A stretch of DNA of 17,106 bases from an uncultured delta proteobacterium (GTDB lineage Bacteria; Desulfobacterota; Desulfobacteria; Desulfobacterales; JAHEIW01). Under the pieces are notes generated by a model. The model ran no database searches, was not told the DNA's origin, and was given only the letters and a program-made list of their open reading frames with translations. Positions 16,415-17,106 of this stretch are shown here, one piece after another (within the stretch, counting starts at the first letter, position 1; each line of letters starts with the position of its first letter). The DNA lies in NCBI GenBank assembly GCA_963706575.1, contig CAVPNL010000007.1, forward strand, positions 1-17,106, read 5' to 3'. A program made the translations under genes and the position numbers.

Positions 16415-16443
16415 ATTTAAGTATAGATTTGGATAAGTGTCAA
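16414..16443 (-). promoter_or_regulatory. Putative sigma70-type dcw operon promoter
   Basis: Perfect -35 TTGACA (16443-16438), 18-bp spacer, -10-like TAAATT (16419-16414), abutting the MraZ repeats. Confidence 0.55.
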
Positions 16444-16918
16444 GAAAAAAAATCAAACAAATTAATTAATTTCTATAATAATTATTAAAACTTAAAAAGT
16501 CTAATGAAATTTTAAAACTGGGTGGGGAAATGTGGAGGAGAGTAAAAAAATTGACGCTGATTTGGCAAATCCAACGGATAAAGAAGGCGCCGACAACGGT
16601 TTTATTTTAAATATTTCTATAAGTATCTGGAATTATTATAACTTATAATTTTTTCACTGACTATTGTTCGTTTTTCAACTGATCTTCGGAGGAAAATATT
16701 GACGTCAATAAAATGTCGGAAGACGCCAAATGCCTAGCTGATCGAAAAAGCTTCTAAAGCAAAAGATAGAATAAACGCCATGAATGAAAAGATTTCTTTT
16801 TCAATAAAATTTTTAACATACTGGAATTTAAATGAAATATTATTCATTTATGTTATTTAGATTCTGGGAATCATTTTCCTTTGGCTAAAGAAAAAGAAAC
16901 ATAATTATTTCAAATCCA

Positions 16919-16935
16919 TAGGCACAGAACTTGCA
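16919..16935 (+). promoter_or_regulatory. Putative sigma54 (-24/-12) promoter for a divergent gene beyond the window
   Basis: taGGCACagaacTTGCA has GG-N10-GC spacing and matches the TGGCAC-N5-TTGCW consensus except for the T before GG. Confidence 0.55.
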
Positions 16936-17106
16936 AAATTCCCCATTGAAATTGTGGGCTTTATGGTGCGTCCCATCGAAAAGCCCATTTTTTTCAGAGC
17001 AAACCACAATCTATTTTACAGCCATTTCCCTTGGCAATTCATTAGGAACTTATTGAGATTGCAGAAGATTGCATATCTTCGCCTAATGTAATTGAGAAGG
17101 CGGAGC

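Noticed and set aside
16615..16830. IHF-like motifs (aagtatctggaatta, taacatactggaattt)
   Set aside because: They match WATCARNNNNTTR only partially in very AT-rich DNA, which is too weak to call.

Overview
This window is a complete division and cell wall (dcw) operon on the minus strand: mraZ-rsmH-ftsL-ftsI-murE-murF-mraY-murD-ftsW-murG-murC-ftsQ-ftsA-ftsZ, with ftsZ cut by the window edge. About 700 bp of AT-rich, ORF-free regulatory DNA lies upstream. Protein style suggests a deltaproteobacterium/Desulfobacterota-like organism (inference). The gene set is ordinary except that murB and ddl are absent. Several things are unusual. (1) Most non-overlapping gene junctions contain degenerate 7-nt or 9-nt tandem repeat arrays, often as inverted pairs, and REP-like or other hairpin elements with compensatory base changes. 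(2) These elements enter coding sequence: a roughly 47-aa N-terminal extension of MurG, an internal MurD insert, and the stop codons of murG and murE. (3) An unannotated 26-37 aa single-pass membrane ORF sits between rsmH and ftsL. (4) The conserved N-terminus of murD has no in-frame ATG/GTG/TTG. (5) The upstream region holds a sigma70-like promoter with MraZ-type GTGG repeats, a second inverted repeat set, and a divergent sigma54-like promoter.
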